Positions 1 to 12,004 of a stretch of 64,000 bases of DNA are shown piece by piece. Both the position numbers and the translations under genes were made by a program. Under the pieces are notes generated by a model. The model saw nothing but the letters and a program-made list of their open reading frames with translations, made no database searches and was not told where the DNA came from. The first letter of the stretch is position 1; each line of letters starts with the position of its first letter. The stretch covers positions 1 to 64,000 of the forward strand of contig CAUYUJ010000270.1 in the NCBI GenBank assembly GCA_963575745.1, written 5' to 3'. This DNA comes from Prorocentrum cordatum. Taxonomy: Eukaryota.

Positions 1-761
1 CCTCCTCCTCCTCCTCCTCCTCCTCCTCCTCCTCCTTCTCATCACCATCCTCCTCGCCTTTCTTCCTATCCTCAATTCTCCTCCTCCTCCTCCTCCGCCT
101 GGTCCTCCTCGACTCTCCTCTCCCTCCACCCGCCGCACTTTTCGCCTTGGGGGGCCCCTGCAGCAATTGACACCCCCCGCAAAAGTGGAGCCCAAATGGG
201 GCTCGAGCAGACAGGGTCGCCGATGCAGCGACGTCGGGGTGGAGACCATCGGACTCCAGATCGCGCAGCGTCGCCGATGCAGCGGCGATGCGGCTGCAAT
301 CTCTGAGGCCTGGAGCTCCTTCCCCCACCCCCGCACCAGCGCGAGGCTGTGGCGCAGGCCGCCCGGACCGGAGCCCCGCAGCAGCGCAAGCTGCCAGGAG
401 GAGGAGGAGGAGGAGGAGGAGGAGGAGGCGGAGGATCTCTCCTAGCACGAGGGGCGGCAGGAAATGGGTGGGCTCAGCGCAGCAGGCGCGCACGCAGCCG
501 AGTCCTCCTGGCGCCGGGGGCGCCAGTGCATCGAGGAAGGCGCACGGCGGAGGGGCGGAGAGCAGGTGCACGCAGCACACCTCGGACCCCCCCCCCTGCG
601 CCATCCAATGACCCCCCTCCCAGACATCCGACAGCGTGATTTTCGATAGCCTGCGGCCCCAACTGCTGCCCTGGAGGTATGTCCGTGTCCGAGAGCCCCT
701 CAGCCCGATGACGGCACCCAGAGGCCGAAAGCAAAGAAAACCGCCGCGAGAGGCTGTCGTT

Positions 762-815
762 GAGGAGGAGGAGGAGGAGGAGGAGGAGGAGGAGGAGGAG
801 GAGGAGGAGGAGGAG
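762..815. repeat. (GGA)n microsatellite
   Basis: Uninterrupted gag/gga run. Similar tracts occur at 1-100, 396-428 and many other places. Confidence 0.95.
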
Positions 816-1189
816 GCGCAGGGAGAGAAGAAACTCAATTGTGCACATACGCCGATCCTGTGCGGGCCCCTCCTGGGCCCATGGCAGAACAGGTGCACAT
901 GCCCTCCTGACCTTGCCAGGGGCACTGCGCACCGGATGGGCGGGGCCAGATCCAGTGCATGTGCACATCTCGTCGAACGAAGAAGCGCTGATATCTGGCG
1001 TCGAGAAAACAATCAGCAGTGGAAAACCATCGCCGTCCCCATCTCTCATCTGCATCCCTCGACCAAGATTCATCTGCGAGGACCCTGGGGCCCGAACCCT
1101 GGGGCCCGACACCAGGCGAAGACGCCCGAGGTGGGACAAAAAATGCAGCGTCCAGATCTCCCAGGGAAAGAGGAGCGGTCGCGGCGGGG

Positions 1190-1315
1190 GCGTCCATGGA
1201 CATGGTGCACAGCGCCCGCGAGCACTCGCGGCCGCCGAAGAGGTGGTACGGCCCCGGCGGCGAACGGCCGTACATGTCCGGGCGGCTGCTGACGTCGTAG
1301 ACACGCCCGCAGAAG
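1190..1315 (-). CDS. Exon of cytochrome b5-like heme/steroid-binding (MAPR/Dap1-type) protein
   Basis: Translation SFCGRVYDVSSRPDMYGRSPPGPYHLFGGRECSRALCTMSMD matches the MAPR core (G.VYDV....YG..GPY..FAGRDaSRAL..MS). It is preceded by a ctcAG acceptor. Remaining exons are uncertain. Confidence 0.8.
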
Positions 1316-1355
1316 CTGAGGGCGCCGGCGCGGTCGGCGTCGTCGTCGCCAGGCG

Positions 1356-1938
1356 AGGAGGAGGAGGAGGAGAAGGAGGAGGAGGAGGAGGAGGAGAAGG
1401 AGGAGGGAGAGGAGGAGGAGAAGGAGGAGAAGATAGAGGAACGAGGAGGAGGGATACGGAAGAAAGAGAGGGAGAGGCAGGAGGAGGAGGACGAGGAGGA
1501 GGAGGAAGAGGAGGAGCAGAAGGAGGAGAAGGGGGAGAGGACAGGGATGAGGAAGAGGGAGGCGGAGAGAGAGAGAGAGAGAGAGATGCCCTTTACTCGA
1601 CGATGGAGCGTTTGTGCTGGAAAAAGGCGTGGTATTCCATATTCAGCAAGACCGACGCAGGACCCCACAAGGTCCATATTCTCTCTCGGCGGCGCATCTA
1701 GGGCACAATCGACAGCGCTGCTCGGGACGGAGGGGGAGAGGAGGGAGAGGAAGGGGAGGAGGAATGAGGGAGAGAGGAGAAGTAGAGGGAGAGAGGAGAG
1801 AGAGAGAGAGGGAGAGAAGATGAGAGGGAGAGGAATGAGGAGGGAGCGAGGGAGAGAGGACAGACAGGAGGAATGAGGAAGGAGGGAAATGAGGAGAGGG
1901 GGAGAGGGAGAGAAGGGAGGGAGGGAGAGAGGAAGGAG
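1356..1938. repeat. Purine-rich (GGA/GA) low-complexity tracts
   Basis: Nearly pure G/A sequence with a short unique island at about 1586-1725. Confidence 0.85.
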
Positions 1939-2129
1939 TGGCGGTAGATTTCCTGTTTCTGGCGGTGGCTCCCCCCCCGTTAGTACGCGTGTGAGACATG
2001 GCGGTCAGGTTCTAAGATGACAGGAGAGAGCCGCTTCTTAGCCAATCCCGCTGCAGAGTGCGCAAGTCACGCTGCTACCGTACGGGACGCTGAATAAGGA
2101 ATGAAGTCCCTTCGGGGCACCAAGAGCGC

Positions 2130-2168
2130 CTGGGTGAAGAACAGCGCCACCAGGAACCATGGAATGAC
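2130..2168 (-). CDS. Possible 39-nt hydrophobic exon (VIPWFLVALFFTQ), perhaps the N-terminal anchor of the b5-like gene
   Basis: tgtAG|GTC...CAG|GC boundaries and 13 hydrophobic codons. The link to the b5 exon is inference only. Confidence 0.3.
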
Positions 2169-2754
2169 CTACAAACCTGCAACACTCCGCGACACTTCAC
2201 GCAAGCTTTACCGACCTCCCATCGCCCAAAATTTCAATGTTCACTTGTGCGCGCGCTATGCGTTCCGGAATCAGCATTGGATTTGGGGGTCTGGGGAGGA
2301 TCCGACGCGGCGTGGGAAACATCTTGCGTTAAGCTTCGCGGAATGGGTGTAGGGAGCAGCTTATTACTGCATGCGAACTGAGATTGCTTATTAGCTACTC
2401 CTGATTTCAGCGTCTTGACTGCAGTTGTGAATTACTTGCTGGTGCCGCTGATAAGGTCGGACGACAGGCGGGGAAGGCAACGGGAACGCAACTGGTTTTC
2501 CCGGCGCCTCGCGGCGCCGGGAGGCGTCAGTGACATCGAGGAGAAAGGCGCCCGACGGTGGAGACCGCACCAACTGCAACCGGCTGCTCAACCTTTAGCA
2601 ACCGACTGAAGGCCGGAATTAATGCACATGGTAGCCAGCGTGGACCCCGCCCAAACGGTGACATCTTGCAAGATACGCAGAGCAGTCCATGTGTGCGATG
2701 AGTGTGCTGCAAATCTAGGTTGTGTAATCGATGTGGGGCAATACGTGCGGCGCC

Positions 2755-3030
2755 AAGCAATGCGAGCCAATGGCATTCAAAACGGTGCAACGCAATGCAA
2801 CGCAGTGCAACGCAAACCAATACAAGGCAATACAAGGCAAGGCAAGACAAAGCAGCGCAAACCAATGCAAGCAATTTACTGCGATGCAAAGCAATGGAAA
2901 TCAATGCACAGCTAAGCACAGCCAAGCACGACAATGCAAAGCAGTGCAGCGAAGCACGGAAGAGCGATGCAGAGCAATGCGGAGCAACGCAAAGCAGCGC
3001 GAAGCTTGCGATGCGAACAGGGGGCAGTGC
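2755..3030. repeat. Degenerate pentamer repeat (GCAAT/GCAAC/GCAAA)
   Basis: Repeated gcaa-N units. Confidence 0.8.
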
Positions 3031-4382
3031 AACGAGGGGGGGTTCGAGGCGGGGATTCGTCTGTATCCACCGCCTGGGAAAAGACGGCCCAGTGCTCCAG
3101 CGGGCAGCGGATCAGGATCCCTCTTGGCACCCGGGTGCCCGAATCTATATGCACGTCCAACGCCTATCGAGGCCTCCGAACATCGATCCTCCAGGCGGTG
3201 GTCAACGCGGGATGACGATTAATTAAAGAAATGGGAGAGAACGATTCAACACATAGTTTTCTGCTATTTCTGCATAACTTTCTGACTGGAGGAGAACGAT
3301 AAAAAAATAGTTTTCCAGCCCGCGGCCGGCTTTTTCTAATCGTCATCCGGGGCGCCGCCGCGTGAACACGACCCCCGGTCATTTATTAATCGTCATCCTC
3401 CATTACTGGTACTGTACGTCCTCCTTGGAGGCGTGCGTCCGACCGGGACATCTGGTACACCGATCTCGAAATGCAGCCGGACGTCTGATCAAGCAAATCA
3501 TCCTTCAAGAGATCACGGCCAGCTTCCCAGAGGCTTCTGGTGGAAAGACCCCTGGGCCAATTTCTGCTGTGAAAATCCCCGGCTCTCAAACGGGGGGGGG
3601 ACTGCAGCGGGGCAGCTGCGACGGACGGGCACGGGGCCGCCGGGCACGCAGAGGGGCCTCCTCACCGAGGACTGTCCTTTGGAGCCACCATCACCCCCAA
3701 AATAGCCGCCGAAATCCTAAAGACTTGCGTGGACATTTTTTATTTTTTGAGAGCATGCCGCGCTGGGCGCGCAGGCCCGCCTTCCACGCCCCTCGCGAGT
3801 ACCCAGCTTGAGCTAAACATCCCATGTCTATAGCCATCATCACCGCCAGTACCGAAGATAACCAATAGTATAGTCACCGTCGCGGTGAGTACACATGCGA
3901 CCATGGCGACCACCTCTGATCTGCACAATTACAGCATCAATCAAATCGTCCACCGCACTCACGGGCCCCACAAACACCTCGAACCAAATGCAGCGTCATC
4001 ATCGCCACCGCCGCTGCTCGCCATCGTTACCACGGGACCCAGAACAATACAAATCATGCTCGGCGGCGGGGTTCTCCAAACGAACCCTTGACAGCACGGG
4101 CGGCTGCAGCGCGACGAGACATTCAAGTGTAGCAACACAGACCCTCGCCATTGCCCGCGACGAACTGGGGCGCCCCAGCGTAACGCCAAAACGACCCCCG
4201 TAACGCGCGCGTTGAAGGCTGGGGCCATGAAATAATCAAGGCCGCGCAGTCTTGGGAACATATAGAATCAGATAGTGCCACATGAGGGCTCCTGGGAGGC
4301 AGACAGTGACGCGCAGGGCTATGTAGTGCCAATCAGACCTAAACAACGCTATATGGTAGAACATTGGATACTCCCAAGGCCA

Positions 4383-5300
4383 TCCTAGAGCCCTCTCGGG
4401 GCCCTCCTGGGGCCCTCTTGGGGCCCCCGCGGTAGATCATCTGAAACGGCCGCTTCAGATGCTCTACTGCGGCGGGCGCTCGAGGCTCTCTTGGCCCCCC
4501 CCCGGGACTTGTCTCGGCGCCTCTGGGGCCCTCCTGGAGCGCTCTTGGGGCCCTTTCTGGCGCCCCTGGAGTTTCGGGGCCCTTCTGGCACCCTCCAAGG
4601 GAACCCGTGGTAGAGCGTCTGAAATACCAGCGTCAGATGCTCTATCGCGGGCGTGGTTCTTAGGGCGCCCCGCGCCCCCCCGAAACTCATCTTGCGGTTG
4701 TCTAGAGCCTTCCTGGAGCGATCTCGGGGCGCTTTTCGTCTCTCCTGGAGCCCTCTCGGGGACCTCCTGGCGCCGTCGCGGGGGTCCGCGGTAGAGAATC
4801 TGAGATTGCTGTTTCAAATGCTCTACCGCGGGGGCCTTGTCGGGGCGTCTTGCGCCCCCAAAGGGTTGTCTCGGGGCCCCGAGGGCCCTCCTCGTGCCAT
4901 GTCGGGGCGCTCTCGGGCCTTCCTGGAACCCTCTCGGGGCCATCTTGACATTGTCATGGGGCCCCCGCGGTGGAGCATCTAAAACGGCAGTTTCAAATGC
5001 CCTACCGCGGGGAGGGGCTGTCGGGGCCCTCTTGGGCCCCCCAAGGGCTTGCCTTGGAGCTCCTGGCGCCCTCCTCGAACGCTCTCGGCCCCCCCCATGT
5101 TTCGCCTCTGGTGACCTCTCGGGGCTCTCCTGGCACCCGCCAGTGCGCCCCTCGGAAGACCATCTCAAACGATTGTGTCAAATGCTCTACCGCGGCGGGG
5201 GGCTCTTGGAGCGTCTTGCGCCCCCCAGGGCTAGTCTTGGGGTCTCGGGGGCAACGCGGCGCTCTCGCAGAACACCCGAGGGCGTTTTTGAAGCGTTCCT
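4383..5300. repeat. ~180-bp degenerate tandem array, each unit with a ~46-bp hairpin (CCGCGGTAGAGCATCTGAA..TTCAGATGCTCTACCGCGG)
   Basis: Hairpins at about 4427, 4605, 4786, 4965 and 5149. A related copy lies at about 13120-13700. Confidence 0.85.
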
Positions 5301-6467
5301 GAGCAACCCAACCACGAGTTGCAATGCCTACTGGACTTCAATACCCAAATACGTTGAGAAGGCAAGGCCCGAGGATTGAACACATCACATAACCATGTAA
5401 CGCTGCTCTCCGATGGCTTCCGTGGCCTGAACGCCCGCCCCGCGTGGCCCCGATAAATCAAACAATGCTCCGGGATGCCCTGCGGGGAGGCCACGCAGGC
5501 AAACGCCGCGGACAATTTCTACACTCTCCTGCGATTTAAATTTCCAGCGTCGGTCGGTCGGGAGTTGTTCGGAGATGCACCCTCGCGGCCCCCGAAGGCG
5601 TCCAAGATGAATCCGAGGCCCCAAAACAACCCAGGAGGCTTCAATGTCTCCCGTTTGTGAAATCAACGCGGCCCTGGTGGCCCCCAGCCAGCGTCCACAA
5701 CGGCAAAAAGACTGCCCCACCATGGCCCAAAGACCGCTCCATGACGACCGCTGCGCGCCACCAGACGGCCTGGCCAACTCCCGCGACCCGTAACGATCCT
5801 CGCGTCGGGACGCCAAGAATACCGCAATGGGCCCTCGCAGAACCCAAAGAGAGCCCCGAAAACACCTCTGAAAGGCTTCTGACGGCCCGAAGACGATCCA
5901 ACATACTCACTAATACGCCTGCCTTGCAACAAAACGCCTGGCAGCTAACACGCCGAGACATCGATGCAGCATCATGTGTTCCTCCTCCTTCTCGTCTTGC
6001 TCCTCCGCTTCCTCGTTCTCACTCGCGCCCTGCTCCTCCTTGCTCTCCTCGCCCTCCTCCTCGCCCTCTCTCCTCCCTCCACCTCCCTCCTCACTGTCAC
6101 CCTCGTGATCATCTCGCCTTTTTCTCCTGGTCGTGCTTCTGGTCCCCCACTCCCCCACCCCCATTTCCCCCGTGCTCCTCGGTTGCCACCCCATCCCATG
6201 GGGTCTCGGAAACGGCACGACACTGTCGCGAATATCCTTTTGCACTGGGTCGGAAAAGTGGCGCAAGCCTAACAAATACGGAAATGCGGAACCACCGCGC
6301 ACGACAACGAGCCTACGACAGCACAGAGCCAGCGACGATTGTGATCCGCCCCCAGACGACCAGCAGACTGGACGGATATGTTTTTTCACTGAAGCTTGAA
6401 GGAGCTCGCCCCCTGGAGCCGCGGTCATCGACCACTGACCGCGCTAGCCCGCGAGCGCCCCTGCATG

Positions 6468-9400
6468 CTATCGCTGACCTTTGTGGCCAGCCGCGCCCCA
6501 GAAACAGTTTGAACTGCGATCCCCACCCCATTCGTGTTCCCCCCTCCCTCCTGCCCCCGCCCCCGTCCCCAACTTGGCCTGGACGGCCTCGACCTCCTTC
6601 TTAGAAGCGCCGCTGCCTAAACTAGGGGTCCAAGCAGCCTTCTTGCCTGCAGGCGCCAGGGACGCCGTGACCAGTTTAGCCTCTGACCCGCTCGGGGCCT
6701 TCGAGCCCGCGGCCCTCCCTTTCTTAGAGGGAGGGCCGCTCCCGGCATCCCCGTCCTGAATAGCCTTGCACGACATCAGCTCAGAACTCCTACGTTTGAC
6801 GCGGTCCTTGATGCTGCTGTTGAGTTGCTCCTGCTCAGCAGGGGTGAGCAGCCACTTAAAACTACGAAGGCGATGGGCGACGGCGCCGATGTCTCCGCCA
6901 TCGGCGACGAGTTTCTGGAAGTCGGCCCAATCCTGCTGGCAAGCGTCCCGACCGACAAGATCCTTCTTCTTGAATAAGCTGGGGCCCTTCTGGACCGCTG
7001 GCACCGCGTAGAAGAATTTCGCGCGGTCCGCCACCTGGGAAAGCAAGGGGCTGGACATGGGCGCGATGTCGCCCGGGCCCTCGCCGTCGAGGATCATGGT
7101 CAGGAAATCCACTGCGCCTGTGACCTCCTCTCGAAAGGTCTTCGAGAGCGCGAGGCAGAGCCGGCCCTTGCAATCCTGCCTCAGCTGCCCGATCGCACCC
7201 TCGAGGCCCGCGAGGTCTTTGGGGCTCTGCTCGCTCGGCATCAACCCCAACGCACCCTCCGAAAAGATGCGCTCGCCGACAGCCTCTGCGTGCTGCATGG
7301 CAAACGAGACCTCGTGGACGAAATCCGGGCACATGCGGATGCACTCCGCCTTGTGCTTCGCCACCGAATCCCTCATTTCGGCGAAAGTCAGCGCGACGGA
7401 GCGGGGCATGAGCGAGATGAGGGCCCCCCTAGCGTTCTTGTTTTTCTTCAACACCTGCATCGGGACCTTCACCGTCTCAGGCACGCCGGGGATTCGGCCC
7501 TCACCCCCCCAAAGAACCTCTTCCCGCGGGAGCCTCGGGAGCTCCAAAATGTTCACAGCGATGCTTTTGACACGAGCAATCAGCCGGAACCAGAAGTCGT
7601 CTCGCAGGGACGCCAGCGTGACCTTGCAGCGCTCCATCAGGAACTCGTGATTGCACTCCTTTCCCGCACGTGATGGGGCGACTTCGCGAGTCACCCCGCC
7701 GCGCAACAAACGCAGAACAATCGCAAAACGCAACAAACAACCACCAACGACCCTCGTCTCCGCGAAACTCGGCCCGGGTCCGATAGTAGATTTGCGGAAC
7801 CTTCGAGTAGCGAAAGGTTGAGGCGCCGCACCAAAATCGATGCCGTTGGCTGTTGGTGGTTGGTTGGCGCAGAGTGGTGCGTGGTGTTTTCTTTTTTGCG
7901 CGTTCTCGTTTCAATGTCATTGTGCGTTGCGTCGTGGTGGATTTGCGTGGCGTTGCGTTGCTGTTGATTCGTGTTGTCGTTCGTGCATGGCGTCCTTCTG
8001 TTTCGTGGTGTCGTGGTATTCTAATGTGACGCGTGGTGTCGCCGGTTGGTGTCGTTGGATTGATTCGGTTGGGGAGCGTCGTTTCGTTGCGTAACATCGT
8101 TTTGTAGTGTGCTGCAGTTGTTTGTTTCTGGTGCATTGTGATTCGCTCGTATTGTGCGGTGCAGTCCTGTTGCGTACATGGTTACTGTCGCTGGTGTTTG
8201 GTAATGTTTTATTGTTCTGCGTCGTCGGTTCCATGCCGTTGCGCGGCGCCCCCCTCCGCAAACACAAACGGCTTTGCGCCGGCCGTCTGACCCCCGCCAA
8301 GCGGCCCGCGCGAAAACGCTTCGTCTTCCCAGAACACAGCCCCCCGAGGCCGTCTCGGACCCCTGTGCGGGCCCTCGGGAGGGACCCCGGAAAACCCGCC
8401 CTGGGCGCCGAGGGCAACTCTGGATCCGAACCCGAGACCCCTGGCAACCGACAGGCGCGTCCGCGCGGGCAGAGGACGCGCAGGCACGCGAGGCTCGATG
8501 CACCCATCCCGCCGCAAGCCGCCTCGGGACAGGCGGCGGGGGGTGCCCCCGCGCGCCCCACCCAGGCCCCCGAGTTGCCCCGTTGGGAAATGGCCCGCTG
8601 GGGGCCAACCCATCCGACCTTCGATTCTACCTGCCAGAATCAACCCGGGCGCGAGGACGCGGCCCAAAGAGGAGAGCACGATCCACCTATCGCACTCCCC
8701 TTGGCGCCGCAAAGCGGCACCCCTCGCGAACAAGAGTACGAGGCATGGCAGGGCGCCACATTAACGACAGCAGGAGTAGCGACATCCAGACCAGGCAACA
8801 GCGACCTCTCCTTCTTCTGGTACGTCTTGAAGCCGAAAACCGCCAGGTCCCGCATCTCCGCATCCATGAGGTTCTTGAACCCTGCGAAGAATCGCGCTGA
8901 TGCCACCCCCAATGCCCGCACCTCCCGGCCCCTGCCCTGGGCCCGTTCCCGCGGCCCTCCCCCGCCCTCCAAGAGCAGCCGGAAAGAGACGTCATCGCGG
9001 AAAGGGGGCAAGAAAAGGGACTGTCTGCCCGATGCCTTCCAGCTCCGTGTCAGCGTAGTCGTTGTGCTCCAGCTCGTCCAGCATGCTCTCGCAATTGGCC
9101 GTGAAGAGGTCGTACTTCATGTCGCCAGCCTCAGCCCTGTAAAGTTCAATCCCGATTTTCGTGCCCAAGAGTTCTTGCACGTCCTCGCGGGCAATCGCCC
9201 GCGCCGCCTCCAGGGCCACCTCCGCGCGCTCCATGGAACCTTCGTCGCAGAAGAGCCGCACGTGATCATCGAAGGCCCTCAAGACGTACTGCCGCTGGTA
9301 ACCCTTCGCGAACATGTCGCGGATGGCCTCCACGAGAATCGCCTCCATGGTCTCCTTGATGGCACCCCACACGTCCTGGAACTGCGAATCCAACGAGTTC

Positions 9401-10047
9401 GAACCAATATGCCCCAAGATCGCTAAGCACATCGCCCGGCTCTGGGCACGGCGGACGACCACGCCCTCTCGGGACTCCCCCAGTAACACAAGCAACGTCG
9501 TGCGATCCAAGGCCTTCGAATGGCGAAGGTAGCTCTCTAAGGCTTCGCTGCTCCTCGAACCTTTCGACCTGTCATGAGCCAGAGCCAAGGCATCAATCAA
9601 GTCCTGCTCAGGATCCGCGTCCTCCGTCGGGAGAGGCAGGTTGCTGAACATCGGGCTGGTCAAATCAAAATCATCATGCATCTTTTTCCAAAACTCCGTG
9701 CTGATGTATTTGTTGGTGCCTTGGAGCCGCGAGAGCTCATTCTCAACCACCGTCTGCAGCGTGAGTCTGTCGGCCCGGCGCCGCGTGCGAATGATGATCT
9801 GATCGTAGCTGCTGAACTTCCCCTCGATAGCCCTGGACGCCTTCTCCTCCAAGTCCCGTTCCTTGCTGCGCTGGCTCAGCACCCTGCTCTCAGCGCGCGC
9901 CACCTTGTCGTGCTGGGGTGTCGAAGGCGGGGCAGGGTCGACCGTAGTTTTGTGGGCGGACGCTGGCTTCGGCATCGCCTTGGCCTTGGCGCCAACAACC
10001 CGCTGGGGAGCGGCGGCTTGCTTCATGGGGCTCTTCTTGGGAGCCAT
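6468..10047 (-). CDS. Uncharacterised ~757-aa protein, 3 exons (10047-9036, 8881-8811, 7658-6468)
   Basis: Three long, non-low-complexity ORF segments join in frame: ...DTELEG|FKNLMDAEMRDLAVFGFKTYQKK|ECNHEFLMERC... Introns are GC..AG (9035-8882) and GA..AG (8810-7659). The protein starts MAPKKSP. The last ~100 nt may contain another intron. Confidence 0.7.
7845..8230. repeat. G/T-skewed low-complexity tract inside intron 2
   Basis: Almost A-free gttgt/gtcgt-like sequence. Confidence 0.7.
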
Positions 10048-10599
10048 GCCGAGCGCGGGACTCGGCGCCCAGAGGCCCCCCCGATGCACCCTGCAGGTCC
10101 AGAACAAAATGTTGCTGCAGGAGTCGAAGACGGATGGGGGACCAAGCCAAAAAAAAGAACGTGGGGCGGAGAAGAGAGCTGCATAACTAGAAGAGCTCAT
10201 GGTCCGACTGAGCTCCCGTGAACTCCATTACTGCTCCGAGAGGGCCCTGAGGGGTGGTAGCAAGCATCACGCCAAAATTCGTTAAATGGAATTTGGCCAG
10301 GTGCTCACCGAGCCGGTCTTGGAAGGCCCGAGAAGTTCACGAGGAGATCCGAGACATCTCCACAAGAGCCCGAAGGTGGTCCCAACAAGGGCCCAAGAGG
10401 GCCCGCCCGAACCGTACGATATCTTTGGGTCTCAAGCCACAGCGATGTCATGACAAAATCGTGTGGTATGGCATCGTTAGGTCTGGGTCCACAGGGTACC
10501 ATATAGTCTGGGAGCGGCCCCAAGAAGGCTCAGCAGGGCCCGAACAAGTCCCCAGAAGGGGCCCCAGACGGGCCCAAGAGGGCCCCAAGAGAGCCCAAA

Positions 10600-11500
10600 G
10601 ACTTTAACAGTTTTAACGCAGACGACCTCCTTATTGGAGAGCGTGCTGTGTTAAATGTGTGTTTAAGTTTGAGCCCTCTTGGGAATCTCTTGGGCCAGTC
10701 TTGGGCCCGAGTGGGGGCCCTGTTAGGGCCCTAAAATGTACCCGCGAGGCCCAAGAATTCAACACACATTTAACACAAACCACCCTCCTTATCGGAGAGC
10801 GTGCTGTGTTAAATTTGCGTTACATTTTGGGCCCTCTTGGAGCCACCTTGGGGATCTCTTGGGGCCCTCCTGGGCCCTGTTGGGGCTCTGCTGGAGCCCT
10901 CCAGGGGTCCTGGAAGGCCCCCAAAATGGCCAAGACTCGAACACAAACTGCGCACAAACCGCCTCCTTGTCGGAGAGCGCATTGTGTTAACTGTTTAGTT
11001 TTATGTGTGTGTGTGCGGGCGGGATCGAGCGGGATTGACATGGGAGGAGGTCGAGGAGTATGCCGGGGATTTCTGCTGGGGTCTCCTTGTTACTCCCTCA
11101 CTTATCGACCAAAGCTGTTGACAGCTATCTCGTGGAATGTTTCGCGGGGTGTCTCATGGAAGTGCCCGTCGCCCAATGCGGTGTCGTGAAAACGTTTCAA
11201 TGCATGCGGCTCTATATCCCTTTCCGGGTTAGTGGGTCTATCATGTTTCTAACGGATTAGAAACATGTTGGGCTCCATCGCCAGCTCCACCTTAAGGAAG
11301 GCGAGTAGGTGATGGATGAGATGGGGCCAACATGTTCTTAACGCAATAAAAACATGTTGGGCCCCATCGCCATCTGCACCGTGGTCTCCACCTCGTCTGC
11401 GGGATCCCTCCGGGGGGCATGAGAGACCCCAAAAATGGCAAATATTTTAACACATTTAACACAAACCGCCTCCTTGTTATAGAGCGTGTCGTGTTACAGT
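10600..11500. repeat. Dispersed hairpin motif TTAACAC..CTCC-loop-GGAG..GTGTTAA in a GGGCCC-rich repeat
   Basis: Copies at about 10603-10665, 10759-10815, 10940-10995 and 11446-11500. Confidence 0.7.
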
Positions 11501-12004
11501 GGAATTATGGTTTGGGCCCTCTTGGAGCCAAAATGGGGCCCTCTGGGGGCCCTCCTGGGCCCTCTTGCCACCCGGCGGGGGACCTCTTGAAGCCCTCGTG
11601 GGCCTTCTTGGAGCTCTCTCGGGGCCAGCAGACGGAGGGGTCCAACTTGGCCACTCTTGGGGCTCTATTCTTGGCACTATGGGGGTCCTCTCGGAGCCTG
11701 AGCGGTTGCCTCCTTGAGGGCACTGGAGCCCAGGGACTGTACTTTCCTCGGGTCCGCGACATCATTTAGCGCACTCTGTGTCCCCAGCGCTCTTGTAACG
11801 AATCTTTGGCGGAAGCTAGTCGCAGACAAACGAAATTGTTACGTGAGGCCGCCTGCAGCCCAGAGCGCTGATAAGACAAAGCTTATCTATGAAATGATAA
11901 GTACATGTCTCGCAGCCCCCAGGGGCCCGAACTTCAACCACCCTCTTGGCGCCATCTTGGAGCACTCTTTGGGCCCTCTTGGCGTCCACGGAGCCCGCTG
12001 TGCC

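Noticed and set aside
8107..9426. 439-aa plus-strand ORF and other long antisense ORFs (9574-10221, 14877-15533, 23117-23944, 62172-63095)
   Set aside because: Shadows of minus-strand coding sequence in GC-rich DNA, with no motifs of their own.
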